From positions 1,490 through 65,489 of the forward strand of contig JBAXQU010000001.1 in NCBI GenBank assembly GCA_037131555.1: a DNA stretch of 64,000 bases. The letters run 5' to 3'. Source of the stretch: Bacteroidota bacterium (GTDB lineage: Bacteria; Bacteroidota; Bacteroidia; 2-12-FULL-35-15). The position numbers were made by a program, and so were the translations under genes. The notes below the pieces were generated by a model. It worked only from the letters and a program-made list of their open reading frames with translations. It was not told the DNA's origin and did no database searches. This document shows, one piece after another, positions 9,934 through 19,805 of the stretch (position 1 is the first letter of the stretch; every line of letters starts with the position of its first letter).

Positions 9934-11229
9934 TCAGGAAATGATCCTAACTAAATAATAATTTTTCTTACCTTTCTGAATTAGGATATATTTATTGCTA
10001 ATCAAATTTCGTGAATTTATTACTGTCTCCAAACCCTCCACTTTAGCTTTGTTTACAAAGACACCTCCTCCTTGTATCATTTTTTTTGCTTCGCTTTTGG
10101 ACTGAAAAATTTGAGTCTTCTCTGTCAAAAAATCAACAATAGAAATGTCTGAATCGAGATCTGTTTTATTTATTTGTTCTTGCTCTACTCCTTCAAAAAT
10201 CGACAGGAAATCATCCTCCGATAAATTTTGCAATGTATCTTCAGTTCCTTTCCCAAAAAGTATTTCAGATGCTTCAACTGCTGCGCTAAAATCTTCTTCT
10301 GAGTGAACTCGGATTGTTATATCCTTAGCTAGCGCCTTTTGCAATATTCTAGAATGAGGTGCGAGCGAATGTTCTTTCTCTAGTGTTTCTATTTCTTCTT
10401 TTGTGAATAAGGTGAAAATACGGATGTATGTTTTGACATCTTCATCACCTGCATTCAGCCAAAATTGATAGAATTTGTAAGGTGAGGTTCTTGACTTATC
10501 TAACCAAATATTCCCACTTTCCGTTTTACCAAATTTGGTACCATCTGCTTTTTTTATTAATGGAGTAGTTAACGCGAATGCCTCACCTCCAGATTTTCTT
10601 CGAATTAGTTCAGTCCCTGTAACTATATTTCCCCACTGATCGGAGCCTCCCATCTGAAGTTGAATATTCTTATTTTTCCAAAGATAATAGAAATCGTATC
10701 CTTGTACTAATTGGTAGCTGAATTCCGTAAAACTCATTCCATTTTCTAATCTATTTTTTACTGAGTCTTTTGACATCATGTAATTTACCGTCAGATGTTT
10801 CCCAACTTCTCGAATAAATTCAAGAAACGAAAATTCTTTAAACCAATCATAATTATTGACAATTTCTGCTGAGTTGGGTCCACAATCGAAATCAAGAAAT
10901 TTCTCAAGTTGCTTTTTTTGACATGCTACATTATGATTGAGTGTAGATTCATCCAACAAGTTTCTTTCGGCTGACTTCCCTGATGGATCGCCAACCATGC
11001 CAGTAGCCCCCCCCACTAAAGCAATTGGTTTGTGCCCTGCTTTTTGAAAATGAAGCAACATCATTACAGGCACCATATTTCCAATTCCAAGTGAATCAGC
11101 AGTGGGATCGAAGCCAATATACCCGCTAACCATTTGTTTGTTCAATAACTCCTCTGTCCCAGGCATGATATCTTGAATCATTCCTCTCCACTTCAATTCC
11201 TCAACAAAATTTTTTCTCATGTTCATCAT
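9934..11229 (-). CDS. tyrS: Tyrosine--tRNA ligase
   Basis: 431 aa with [23 protein letters not shown], the KFGKT (KMSKS equivalent) motif and a C-terminal S4 domain. The HIGH position reads GIGN (see findings). Confidence 0.9.
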   Translation of the reverse strand: MMNMRKNFVEELKWRGMIQDIMPGTEELLNKQMVSGYIGFDPTADSLGIGNMVPVMMLLHFQKAGHKPIALVGGATGMVGDPSGKSAERNLLDESTLNHNVACQKKQLEKFLDFDCGPNSAEIVNNYDWFKEFSFLEFIREVGKHLTVNYMMSKDSVKNRLENGMSFTEFSYQLVQGYDFYYLWKNKNIQLQMGGSDQWGNIVTGTELIRRKSGGEAFALTTPLIKKADGTKFGKTESGNIWLDKSRTSPYKFYQFWLNAGDEDVKTYIRIFTLFTKEEIETLEKEHSLAPHSRILQKALAKDITIRVHSEEDFSAAVEASEILFGKGTEDTLQNLSEDDFLSIFEGVEQEQINKTDLDSDISIVDFLTEKTQIFQSKSEAKKMIQGGGVFVNKAKVEGLETVINSRNLISNKYILIQKGKKNYYLVRIIS

Positions 11230-11392
11230 TTTCGAGGTGCAAATGTAGTGAAATGTGTGCTATGGCAGAAATCTAATTCTGATTATAAAACGAAATCAGA
11301 CATGTATCAAAGGATAATGCAGCATTATCTGTAAATTTCCCCAATCCATAAATTTATTTTCAAATGAACAAGAAATCAAATAACAATAAGAT

Positions 11393-11400
11393 TACTTTTG
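11393..11400 (+). promoter_or_regulatory. -7 promoter box TACTTTTG
   Basis: TAnnTTTG match 25 nt upstream of the glyQS ATG. Confidence 0.45.
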
Positions 11401-11425
11401 CATCCTAAATAATTAATCTTAAAAG

Positions 11426-12976
11426 ATGAATCAGGAGGATATTTTTAAAAACATTATTTCACATTCAAAAGAATACGGGTTTATTTTTCAAAGTAGCGAG
11501 ATTTATGATGGATTGAGTGCCGTGTATGATTATGGCCAAATGGGGGTAGAATTAAAAAAAAACCTTCGTGAATATTGGTGGAAAGCTATGGTTCAGATGC
11601 ATGAAAACATTGTTGGTATAGATGCTGCAATTTTTATGCACCCTACAACTTGGAAGGCTTCTGGTCATATTGATGCGTTCAATGATCCATTGATAGACAA
11701 CAAAGATAGCAAAAAAAGATATCGTGCTGATGTGTTAATCGAGGAGCATTTGGTTAAGATTGAGGCCAAGATAACCAAAGAAATCGAGAAAGCAAAGGAG
11801 CGTTTTGGAGAGAGTTTCAATGAAGAAACGTTTAGAAACACCAATGTTAGAGTGCTAGAAAATCAGGCTAAGGCTGACTCGATACTCGATAGATTTAAGG
11901 GTGCTCTTGAAGCAAATAACCTTGAAGAAGTGCGTCAAATAATAATTGATGCCGAAATTGTGTGTCCAATTTCTGGATCTAAAAACTGGACAGAGGTACG
12001 CCAGTTTAATTTGATGTTCAGTACTGCGATGGGTTCTGTTAGTGAAGACGCTAATTTGATATACCTTCGCCCTGAAACAGCTCAAGGAATATTCGTGAAC
12101 TTCCTTAATGTGCAAAAATCGGGACGAATGAAAATTCCTTTTGGAATTGCTCAAACTGGTAAAGCATTCCGAAACGAAATTGTTGCAAGACAATTTATCT
12201 TCCGAATGCGCGAATTTGAACAGATGGAAATGCAATATTTTGTTCGACCGGGAACTGAGATAGAATGGTATAATCACTGGAAATTAGCTCGTATGAAATG
12301 GCACCAATCATTGGGATTTGGCAATCAGAATTACCGTTTTCACGACCATTTAAAACTTGCCCATTACGCCAATGCTGCATGTGACATTGAGTTTAATTTT
12401 CCTTTTGGTTTCAAAGAACTTGAAGGGATTCATAGCCGTACAGATTTTGACTTAAAAGCTCATGAATTACATTCCGGAAAAAAACTACAGTATTTCGATC
12501 CAGAAATTAATCAGAATTACGTTCCCTACGTTGTGGAAACATCTGTAGGGTTGGATCGTTTATTCCTTGCAGTGATGTCAAAATCGTATGTAGAAGAAAA
12601 ACTTGAAGATGGAACCACACGAGTGGCCTTAAATCTTCCAGCATTTTTAGCTCCAATTAAAGTTGCGGTACTACCGCTTCTGAAAAAGGACGGACTACCC
12701 GAAAAAGCTCGCGAAATTTTGGAATTATTGAAATATGACCACGCTTGCACCTTTGATGAAAAGGATACAATTGGTAAACGTTACAGAAGGCAAGATGCCA
12801 TAGGGACTCCTTTTTGTATTACAGTTGATCATCAAACAATAGAAGATAGTACAGTTACAATTCGTCATCGAGACACTATGACACAAGAAAGAGTGAGTAT
12901 TGACCAACTAGCTACCATTATTGAAGAAAAAGTTAGTTTTAAAATAGCTTTACAAAGTTTGAAGCAAGTTCCATAA
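11426..12976 (+). CDS. glyQS: Glycine--tRNA ligase (homodimeric class II type)
   Basis: 516 aa with class II motifs (FRNEI, RMREFEQME, GLDR) and a C-terminal anticodon-binding domain. Confidence 0.9.
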   Translation: MNQEDIFKNIISHSKEYGFIFQSSEIYDGLSAVYDYGQMGVELKKNLREYWWKAMVQMHENIVGIDAAIFMHPTTWKASGHIDAFNDPLIDNKDSKKRYRADVLIEEHLVKIEAKITKEIEKAKERFGESFNEETFRNTNVRVLENQAKADSILDRFKGALEANNLEEVRQIIIDAEIVCPISGSKNWTEVRQFNLMFSTAMGSVSEDANLIYLRPETAQGIFVNFLNVQKSGRMKIPFGIAQTGKAFRNEIVARQFIFRMREFEQMEMQYFVRPGTEIEWYNHWKLARMKWHQSLGFGNQNYRFHDHLKLAHYANAACDIEFNFPFGFKELEGIHSRTDFDLKAHELHSGKKLQYFDPEINQNYVPYVVETSVGLDRLFLAVMSKSYVEEKLEDGTTRVALNLPAFLAPIKVAVLPLLKKDGLPEKAREILELLKYDHACTFDEKDTIGKRYRRQDAIGTPFCITVDHQTIEDSTVTIRHRDTMTQERVSIDQLATIIEEKVSFKIALQSLKQVP

Positions 12977-13033
12977 AACAGAAAACCCTACATAAAGTAG
13001 GGTCGTCTGCTCTCTAACTAAACACAAAACAAT

Positions 13034-13981
13034 CTAAAAAACGGGACAAATTCCCGGGCGGTATTTAGGTTTTGGTTTAATACATCTAAACATGAAGCCT
13101 AATGATAACTCATGGGCGCCTGCTGTTGCGTTTGTAAGTTTTGAAATGGTGATGTCATAGGTATATCCTATTTTTATCTTTTGTCTTTGAAAGCCAACTA
13201 GGAAAATAAATGCATCATTATTACGATACCAAATCCCCCCAACTATTGCTCCTTTTGTAAAATACAGCCCAAAGTTCAATTGACTAAAATCCTTCTGATG
13301 TTGATACAAAACATTAGGTGAAATGGTCACATCACTTTTTTCTCCATTCAAATGAAATATCCCACCTGCATGAAAAGTATACTTCATTGGTAGGCGACTA
13401 ACATATATTAATCCTTCGTCTGGTTGAGTAAGATGATTAACCGCAATACCCGCAAATAAACGTTTTGTAAAAGCAATCATTCCTGCCGAGAAATCAGTAT
13501 AGGACTTTTGGCTTCGAATCTGATTTTCACCTGTAATATTAACAAATCCGTACTTTTCATCAATCATGTCTCCAAAATTGAGTTTGTTCAAATTCAAACT
13601 TTTTTGACCATATGAACCTTGTAAACCAAAATTGATAGCGAAATTTCGTTTGATTCTAAGTTGATATGAATACATAGCACTTATTGATGCTGTATTTAAT
13701 GTCCCCTGCCCTGCCATATCGTATGATGCAAGAAGACCTAACCCTCCTTTTATTTTGTAAATATATTTGTCAATAGATGCGGTTGTGGTAACATAGGTGC
13801 CAGATATCCCTGGCCATTGATTACGATAATTAATATTAATTCTCGGACAAATTTCGGATCCTGCTAAAGCTGGATTAAGGTATAATGGATTTGCATAAAA
13901 TTGAGTGAACTGAGGATCTTGAGCAAATCCTCGTACAACAAAAACAATGAGAACAATAAAGGTTAAGCAACCCTTTTTCAT
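13034..13981 (-). CDS. PorP/SprF family type IX secretion system membrane protein
   Basis: 315 aa. Signal peptide followed by QDPQFTQFYANPLYLNPALAG, the hallmark N-terminus of PorP/SprF. Beta-barrel-like with a C-terminal F. Confidence 0.8.
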   Translation of the reverse strand: MKKGCLTFIVLIVFVVRGFAQDPQFTQFYANPLYLNPALAGSEICPRININYRNQWPGISGTYVTTTASIDKYIYKIKGGLGLLASYDMAGQGTLNTASISAMYSYQLRIKRNFAINFGLQGSYGQKSLNLNKLNFGDMIDEKYGFVNITGENQIRSQKSYTDFSAGMIAFTKRLFAGIAVNHLTQPDEGLIYVSRLPMKYTFHAGGIFHLNGEKSDVTISPNVLYQHQKDFSQLNFGLYFTKGAIVGGIWYRNNDAFIFLVGFQRQKIKIGYTYDITISKLTNATAGAHELSLGFMFRCIKPKPKYRPGICPVF

Positions 13982-14044
13982 ACCAAATTAAAGATTCTAT
14001 ACACCTATAAGACGTAAATTTCATAAATGGTTGCCCGTTTTATT

Positions 14045-14076
14045 AAAAAAACCTCTGAAATTCAGAGGTTTTTTTA
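14045..14076. terminator. Bidirectional hairpin terminator
   Basis: aaaaaaacctctgaa-at-ttcagaggttttttt, with an A-run and a T-run on either side. Confidence 0.6.
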
Positions 14077-14092
14077 CGAAAGAAAGAATAAA

Positions 14093-14770
14093 TTATTGGT
14101 TCGGAGTCAACTTTAACGAGTCACTTTGCGACTTATTGTTGAGTCTTAAACTGTCCTGATTGATAAACTTATTCCACCCAATATGGCTCTCTGAGTGAAT
14201 CACAGCAGATTTTTTAGTTGATTCCTTTTCCTTTGTAGCTCCTATTATCCCTTTTGCAGAATCGAGCATATCGCCGAAAACCGGTTCATTTCCCATTATT
14301 AAAATTTGAGTAGGCTTTTTAATGTTGACATTTACATCTTTCTGTATATTATCTTTTTTCAGAGTAGCAGGAGGGAAAAACTTTGTTGCCTTCGATTTGT
14401 TTTCTACAGAGGCGGCATTTGTCACTTTTGGCATTTCATTAGGAGAAGAAGTCTCGCTTGAGGTTCCCTCAACTTTCGGAATCATTAAAGTTGAATTTTT
14501 TTCCAATAATTTTGTTGGCTCAATAACATCCTTCTTTTCATTCAATTTGGAATAAGAAAGGGAATCGTACATAAAATAAGCACCGCCAAATATAATAATA
14601 CCGAGCAAAGCGCTGAAAAGATAATTCCATTTAAAGGTGTTCGCTCTTGGAGTTGAATCTAGAATTTCTTCCATGCGTGACCAATCCACAACACTATTTG
14701 TTGCTTTATAATTACTCAACGATTGTTTGATTTTTTCGTCAAGTTTATTGTTGTTAGAAGTGTTAGCCAT
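14093..14770 (-). CDS. Putative anti-sigma factor-like single-pass membrane protein
   Basis: Overlaps the stop of the upstream ECF sigma gene by 8 nt. One central TM segment (LFSALLGIIIFGGAYFMY) and a low-complexity C-terminal half. Confidence 0.4.
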   Translation of the reverse strand: MANTSNNNKLDEKIKQSLSNYKATNSVVDWSRMEEILDSTPRANTFKWNYLFSALLGIIIFGGAYFMYDSLSYSKLNEKKDVIEPTKLLEKNSTLMIPKVEGTSSETSSPNEMPKVTNAASVENKSKATKFFPPATLKKDNIQKDVNVNIKKPTQILIMGNEPVFGDMLDSAKGIIGATKEKESTKKSAVIHSESHIGWNKFINQDSLRLNNKSQSDSLKLTPNQ

Positions 14771-15323
14771 TGTCAGTTTTGATTAAATGGATTAAATTTT
14801 TTCTTAAATTATATTTCGCTTTCGAGAGATTTGACTTAGATGTTCCTTCACTAATATCAAGCATTTCTGCAATTTCCTTATGTGTATATTCTTCTAGAAC
14901 ATATAAGTTAAACACCGTTCGATAAGCAGGCGTTAATTGTTGAACTGCTTTTAATATCTCTTCTTTATCAATTTGTAATACTAGTTCTTCATCAGTTATT
15001 TCATCTGCTATCTCTAAAACCGTATCATCAGCATAAACAGTACTTACTATTAAATAATTGTGCTTATTCTTTCGCACTTTATCTAATGCCGAGTTGACCA
15101 TTATTCTTTTTATCCAAGCTTCTAAAGTTCCAGTTTGATTGAACCTATTAAGATTAACAAAAACCTTTAAAAACCCTTCAAGCACAATGTCTTTAGCTTC
15201 TGTTTCCGAATTTGCATATCTTAAACAAACACCAAACATCTGATCGTAATAGAACTCATAGAGAACTTTTTGGCTCGCTCTGTCGTTTCTTAAACAGCCT
15301 TTTATTATTTCACTTTCATTCAT
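14763..15323 (-). CDS. RNA polymerase ECF-type sigma-70 factor
   Basis: Sigma-70 regions 2 and 4 (PAYRTVFNLYVLEEYTHKEIAEMLDISEGTSKSNLSKAK). The ATG at 15323 is preferred over the GTG at 15350. Confidence 0.85.
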   Translation of the reverse strand: MNESEIIKGCLRNDRASQKVLYEFYYDQMFGVCLRYANSETEAKDIVLEGFLKVFVNLNRFNQTGTLEAWIKRIMVNSALDKVRKNKHNYLIVSTVYADDTVLEIADEITDEELVLQIDKEEILKAVQQLTPAYRTVFNLYVLEEYTHKEIAEMLDISEGTSKSNLSKAKYNLRKNLIHLIKTDNG

Positions 15324-15508
15324 GGTGTAGCATAGACCTTTCGCAAACACCTCCGTTTTACACCTTAAAGACGTAAAATTTCCAGAAGGTTGCCTCTAAC
15401 TTGAAAATATTTAGTGCTAAATTAACATAAACTATGGAATCTTATACAAATTTTATAAGAAAAGCCGACTTTTTAGAAGAACGGCCTTGAAGGAATGTTG
15501 ACTTTATT

Positions 15509-15781
15509 TTAAATGAAGTACTTTTGGTTCAAGAACTCCTCGTATTTGCCCAGGTTAGCCATTATTTGAAGCTCTCGGTAGCGTTGATGAAATGATGCAT
15601 CGTCTTTTTGAGCATTCAATTCATTAATTCTATACCTATCAAAGTTCACTAAAGATTGTTTTTCGCGAATGGTGAGTTTTTCGCTGTTGAATTCTTTTTC
15701 ACGCAAATCGTTGATGCTAAGCGAACCTTCGATTTCTTCTATAGAAGAGTACTTTTTTAATAAGTTGGTCTGTCTTTTCAT
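15509..15781 (-). CDS. Hypothetical protein
   Basis: ORF only. The start at MKRQTNLL is chosen arbitrarily among in-frame Met codons. Confidence 0.3.
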   Translation of the reverse strand: MKRQTNLLKKYSSIEEIEGSLSINDLREKEFNSEKLTIREKQSLVNFDRYRINELNAQKDDASFHQRYRELQIMANLGKYEEFLNQKYFI

Positions 15782-15895
15782 AATGCTATTTACTTGGTAC
15801 AAAACTAGGTTTTTGCAATTAGAAAAATGGGAGTTAAAGAAAATATTATGAACAAAAACTTGTTCAAATACCACCTCCTAAACAACCGAACCTAA

Positions 15896-16918
15896 TTAAA
15901 CCGATATTTCACCTCGCAGATTGGCAAGCAGAAGCTTTTTCATTATCCCTTTATTATTCTTCATGCCTAGTAGATACATCAATTTGGCTACGGCAGCTTC
16001 AGTCGTGATGTCATTTCCACTAATCACACCTGCGGTGATTAGTTTGGCACTAGTGGCGTATTTACCTTGTTCTACATCTCCTGCATTACATTGTGTGACG
16101 TTAAGAATGATGATTCCCCGACTTATTGCATCTTTTAAAGCGTTAATAAACCAAGGCTCAGTAGTACAATTGCCAGAACCAAATGTTTCGAGAATAACAG
16201 CCCTAATGTTATTAATTTGAAGAATTGCATTGACAACATTAGAGTTGATACCAGGAAACAATTTCAAAATAACTATATCAGCGTTCAAATTAGTATGTAC
16301 TTTTAGCTTTTTCCTACTCGGTTTTTGAAGTGCATTTGAATTGTACTTGATATGTACTCCAGCTTCGGCAAGTATAGGATAATTGGCAGATTGAAAGGCC
16401 TGAAACTGTTCAGAGTTGAACTTGTGTGTTCGGTTACCTCTATACAATTGAGATTCGAAATAGATGCATACCTCAGAAATTATTGGTCTTCCCTTTGTTT
16501 TTGCCGCTGCTATTTCGATGGCTGTAATTAAGTTTTCTTTTCCATCAGTGCGTATTGTTCCAATAGGTAATTGGGAGCCTGTTAGAATCACAGGTTTATT
16601 CAAGTTCTCAAGCATAAAACTTAATGCTGATGCGGTAAACGACATGGTGTCGCTGCCATGAAGAATAACAAAGCCATCAACCTCATTGTAATGACCTTCG
16701 ATCATCTTCGCTAATTCAATCCAAATCTCGGGTTGCATATCGCTTGAATCGATAGGACGCTTGAAGGAAACAGAGGAAAGGTCGATATCGAATTTTTTTA
16801 ACTCAGGAATTTGTTGAGTTAAATGTTTGAAGTCGAACGGAACTAGTTGTCCTGAAGTTGCATCTTGCATCATTCCAATTGTTCCACCTGTATAAATGAT
16901 TAATACTTTTGATCTCAT
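15896..16918 (-). CDS. ansA: L-asparaginase, type I
   Basis: 340 aa with IIYTGGTIGM (catalytic Thr motif) and HGSDTM. Confidence 0.85.
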   Translation of the reverse strand: MRSKVLIIYTGGTIGMMQDATSGQLVPFDFKHLTQQIPELKKFDIDLSSVSFKRPIDSSDMQPEIWIELAKMIEGHYNEVDGFVILHGSDTMSFTASALSFMLENLNKPVILTGSQLPIGTIRTDGKENLITAIEIAAAKTKGRPIISEVCIYFESQLYRGNRTHKFNSEQFQAFQSANYPILAEAGVHIKYNSNALQKPSRKKLKVHTNLNADIVILKLFPGINSNVVNAILQINNIRAVILETFGSGNCTTEPWFINALKDAISRGIIILNVTQCNAGDVEQGKYATSAKLITAGVISGNDITTEAAVAKLMYLLGMKNNKGIMKKLLLANLRGEISV

Positions 16919-16933
16919 AAAACGATTTTAATC

Positions 16934-17704
16934 TTAAATCCCAAACACATCTATTGAATTTTTCGTGGTTACAGCTGCTACTTCTTCAACCGAGATATTT
17001 TTAATTTCTGCTACTTTTTGAGCTATCAACAACAAGTAATTGGGCTCATTACGTTTGCCACGGTGAGGCATTGGTGCTAAATAAGGGGCATCGGTTTCAA
17101 GGACAAGATGTTTCAAGTCGATGGCTTCAACCACTTTATCTAATCCTGAATTTTTAAAGGTTACTACCCCTCCAATTCCAAGTTTAAAATTGCCTGCTTC
17201 AACTACTTCTTGAGCTTGTGCGGGACTTCCACTAAAGCAATGAAAAATAGCACGTGAGCAAATTGTATGATGTTGTCGGACAACTTGCATCACTTCGTCA
17301 AATGCATTACGACAGTGAATAATGTACGGCAAATGATGTTTCTGGGCGAGTTGTATTTGCATCCTAAAAGCATCAAGTTGATGAGTAAAATAAGTCTTGT
17401 CCCAGTATAAATCGATACCAATTTCGCCTATTGCAACAAACGAACGTTTTATCAACCAATAATCCATTACTTGCAATTCTTGCTGATAGTGAGCATTTAC
17501 AGAGCAAGGATGTAACCCAATCATGGGAAAACAATTTTCAGGAAATTGCTTGACAACTTGAAACATCCCAGGTATAGACTCGCTATCGACATTGGGAATG
17601 AACAACCGACTAACACCTGCTTGGATCGCTTTTTCTACCAACATGGTGCGGTCGTCATCAAATTCTTTTGAATAAAGATGAGTATGAGTATCCGTCAAAA
17701 TCAT
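16934..17704 (-). CDS. tatD: TatD family metal-dependent hydrolase
   Basis: 256 aa with the DTHTHL start and IGEIGLD, HCR/HCF and ETDAPYL motifs. Confidence 0.85.
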   Translation of the reverse strand: MILTDTHTHLYSKEFDDDRTMLVEKAIQAGVSRLFIPNVDSESIPGMFQVVKQFPENCFPMIGLHPCSVNAHYQQELQVMDYWLIKRSFVAIGEIGIDLYWDKTYFTHQLDAFRMQIQLAQKHHLPYIIHCRNAFDEVMQVVRQHHTICSRAIFHCFSGSPAQAQEVVEAGNFKLGIGGVVTFKNSGLDKVVEAIDLKHLVLETDAPYLAPMPHRGKRNEPNYLLLIAQKVAEIKNISVEEVAAVTTKNSIDVFGI

Positions 17705-17915
17705 ACTGCAATATTACAACTATTTTGTGAAGTAAATATTGACAACTAGCATCTCATAAATAAGTCTCGCGATATAACAATTTCTAGTTATGAACTATTG
17801 GTATCTAAGTATCATTACTATATTTTAACAGATTTATTTTTATTCTGAGCTCAAAAAGAGATGATAAAATTATTTGTTGTCGAATTGCTTATTTCACAAG
17901 AGTACTTGAATTTGA

Positions 17916-19727
17916 CTAATCATATTGTTTCGATTTGTAAAATTCCACAATTAGTTTTGCTTTTGCTTTTCCTACTTGCTCAGCTAGTTCCATTTCAGAT
18001 GCTCCTTTTACGTTTTTTACTGATTTGAAATGACTCAATAATTTTTGAGCAGAATTGGTACTTATTCCTTTTATTTCGGTAAGCTCGGTTTTCAAAGTTC
18101 CTTTATCACGTTTGCTGCGATGATGCGTTATCCCAAACCGATGCGCTTCGTCACGAATTTGTTGAATTATTTTCAACGACTCACTTCTTTTATCTAGATA
18201 CAACGGAATAGAATCGTCCGGAAAATAAATCTCTTCCAATCTTTTGGCGATACCTATTATTGCCACCTTGCCTCGTAACCCAAGTTTATCAAGACTTTCA
18301 AGTGCAGAACTAAGTTGGCCTTTACCTCCATCAATCACTATAAGTTGAGGCATCGAAAGCTTTTCATCCAGTACTCTTTTATATCTCCGATAAATAACTT
18401 CTTCCATCGAAGCAAAATCATCCGGTCCTTCCACAGTTTTTATATTGAAATGACGATACTCCTTTTTGCATGGCTTAGCATCTTTAAATACTGTCATTGC
18501 TGCGACTGGGTAGGTGCCTTGAAAATTCGAGTTATCGAAACACTCGATGTGACGGGGCTCTTCTGTAAGTCGCAAATCTTTTTTCATTTGCTCTAATATC
18601 CTCTTAGTATGACGTTCGGGCTCAACAAGGCTTTCTTGTTTTATTTTTTCTCTACGGTAATATTCCACATTTCTTTCCGACAGTTGAAGTAAATGCTTTT
18701 TGTCGCCACGTTGTGGAATAACAAAATCAATCCCTGGAAACTCTGTGTCTAAAGCGAATGGTACAATTATTTCTTTCGAATCGCTATTAAATCGTTCGCG
18801 CAATTCAACAATAGCGAGAGTAAGCAATTCCTCATTGCTTTCATCAAGTTTCTTTTTCAGTTCTACCGTATGACCTTGGATAATGGATCCATTCATCACT
18901 TTTAGAAAATTAACGAAGGCATTTCGTTCATCAGATACAATGGAAAACACATCTACATTATTAATGGTAGGGCTCACAACGGTTGATTTGCTTTGAAATT
19001 TATCAAGCAGATCAATTTTTTCTTTTACCAGATGCGCCTTTTCGAATTCCATCCTTTCTACTAATTGTTGAAGCATTTCTTTCAAATGCCTTGACACCGT
19101 GGTTATGTTTCCTTTTACAATTTCTCTCACATTTGCAATTGTGTCATTGTATTCCTCTTCCAATTCGTTGCCCACACACGGAGCTTTACAATTGCCAATA
19201 TGATATTCCAAACAAACTTTAAACTTGGAAGCGGAAATGTTTTCGTGAGTAAGATTGAGATTACAATTACGAAGTTTGAATAATTGCTTAATCAAATCAA
19301 GTACCGTATTCATCAACTTACCCGATGCATAAGGCCCGAAATAACTTGAGCCATCTTTTATTAAATTACGAGTAGTAAACACTCGAGGAAAACGTTCATT
19401 CTTGATACAAATCCAAGGATATGTCTTATCATCTTTCAACAATACATTGTATCTCGGAAGGTACTTCTTAATTAAATTATTTTCGAGCAAAAGCGCATCC
19501 AATTCTGTATCTACAATGATGAACTTAATATCTGCAATCTTTCGCACCAAAATTTCAGTCTTACCATTTTCGTGCTGATCTTTGTTGAAATATGAAGAGA
19601 CCCTTTTCTTTAAGTTCTTTGCTTTGCCTACATATATTATCTTCCCTTCACTATCGAAATATTGATAAACCCCAGGATTATCAGGTAGGCTTTTAACAAT
19701 CGAATTGATGTATTCTGATTTTTCCAT
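17916..19727 (-). CDS. uvrC: Excinuclease ABC subunit C
   Basis: 603 aa with an N-terminal GIY-YIG domain (GVYQYFDSEGKIIYVGKAKNLKKRV), a UVR domain, an endonuclease V-like domain and a C-terminal HhH. Confidence 0.93.
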   Translation of the reverse strand: MEKSEYINSIVKSLPDNPGVYQYFDSEGKIIYVGKAKNLKKRVSSYFNKDQHENGKTEILVRKIADIKFIIVDTELDALLLENNLIKKYLPRYNVLLKDDKTYPWICIKNERFPRVFTTRNLIKDGSSYFGPYASGKLMNTVLDLIKQLFKLRNCNLNLTHENISASKFKVCLEYHIGNCKAPCVGNELEEEYNDTIANVREIVKGNITTVSRHLKEMLQQLVERMEFEKAHLVKEKIDLLDKFQSKSTVVSPTINNVDVFSIVSDERNAFVNFLKVMNGSIIQGHTVELKKKLDESNEELLTLAIVELRERFNSDSKEIIVPFALDTEFPGIDFVIPQRGDKKHLLQLSERNVEYYRREKIKQESLVEPERHTKRILEQMKKDLRLTEEPRHIECFDNSNFQGTYPVAAMTVFKDAKPCKKEYRHFNIKTVEGPDDFASMEEVIYRRYKRVLDEKLSMPQLIVIDGGKGQLSSALESLDKLGLRGKVAIIGIAKRLEEIYFPDDSIPLYLDKRSESLKIIQQIRDEAHRFGITHHRSKRDKGTLKTELTEIKGISTNSAQKLLSHFKSVKNVKGASEMELAEQVGKAKAKLIVEFYKSKQYD

Positions 19728-19753
19728 TCTTACTTACAACAAAGATAAAACAA

Positions 19754-19783
19754 AAACGTCCTGCAAAATTGCAGGACGTTTTT
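19754..19783 (-). terminator. Intrinsic terminator after the T9SS substrate gene
   Basis: aaacgtcctgc-aaaatt-gcaggacgttt hairpin with a flanking T-run on the minus strand. Confidence 0.65.
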
Positions 19784-19805
19784 CAATCATAAGAATTACA
19801 GGAAA

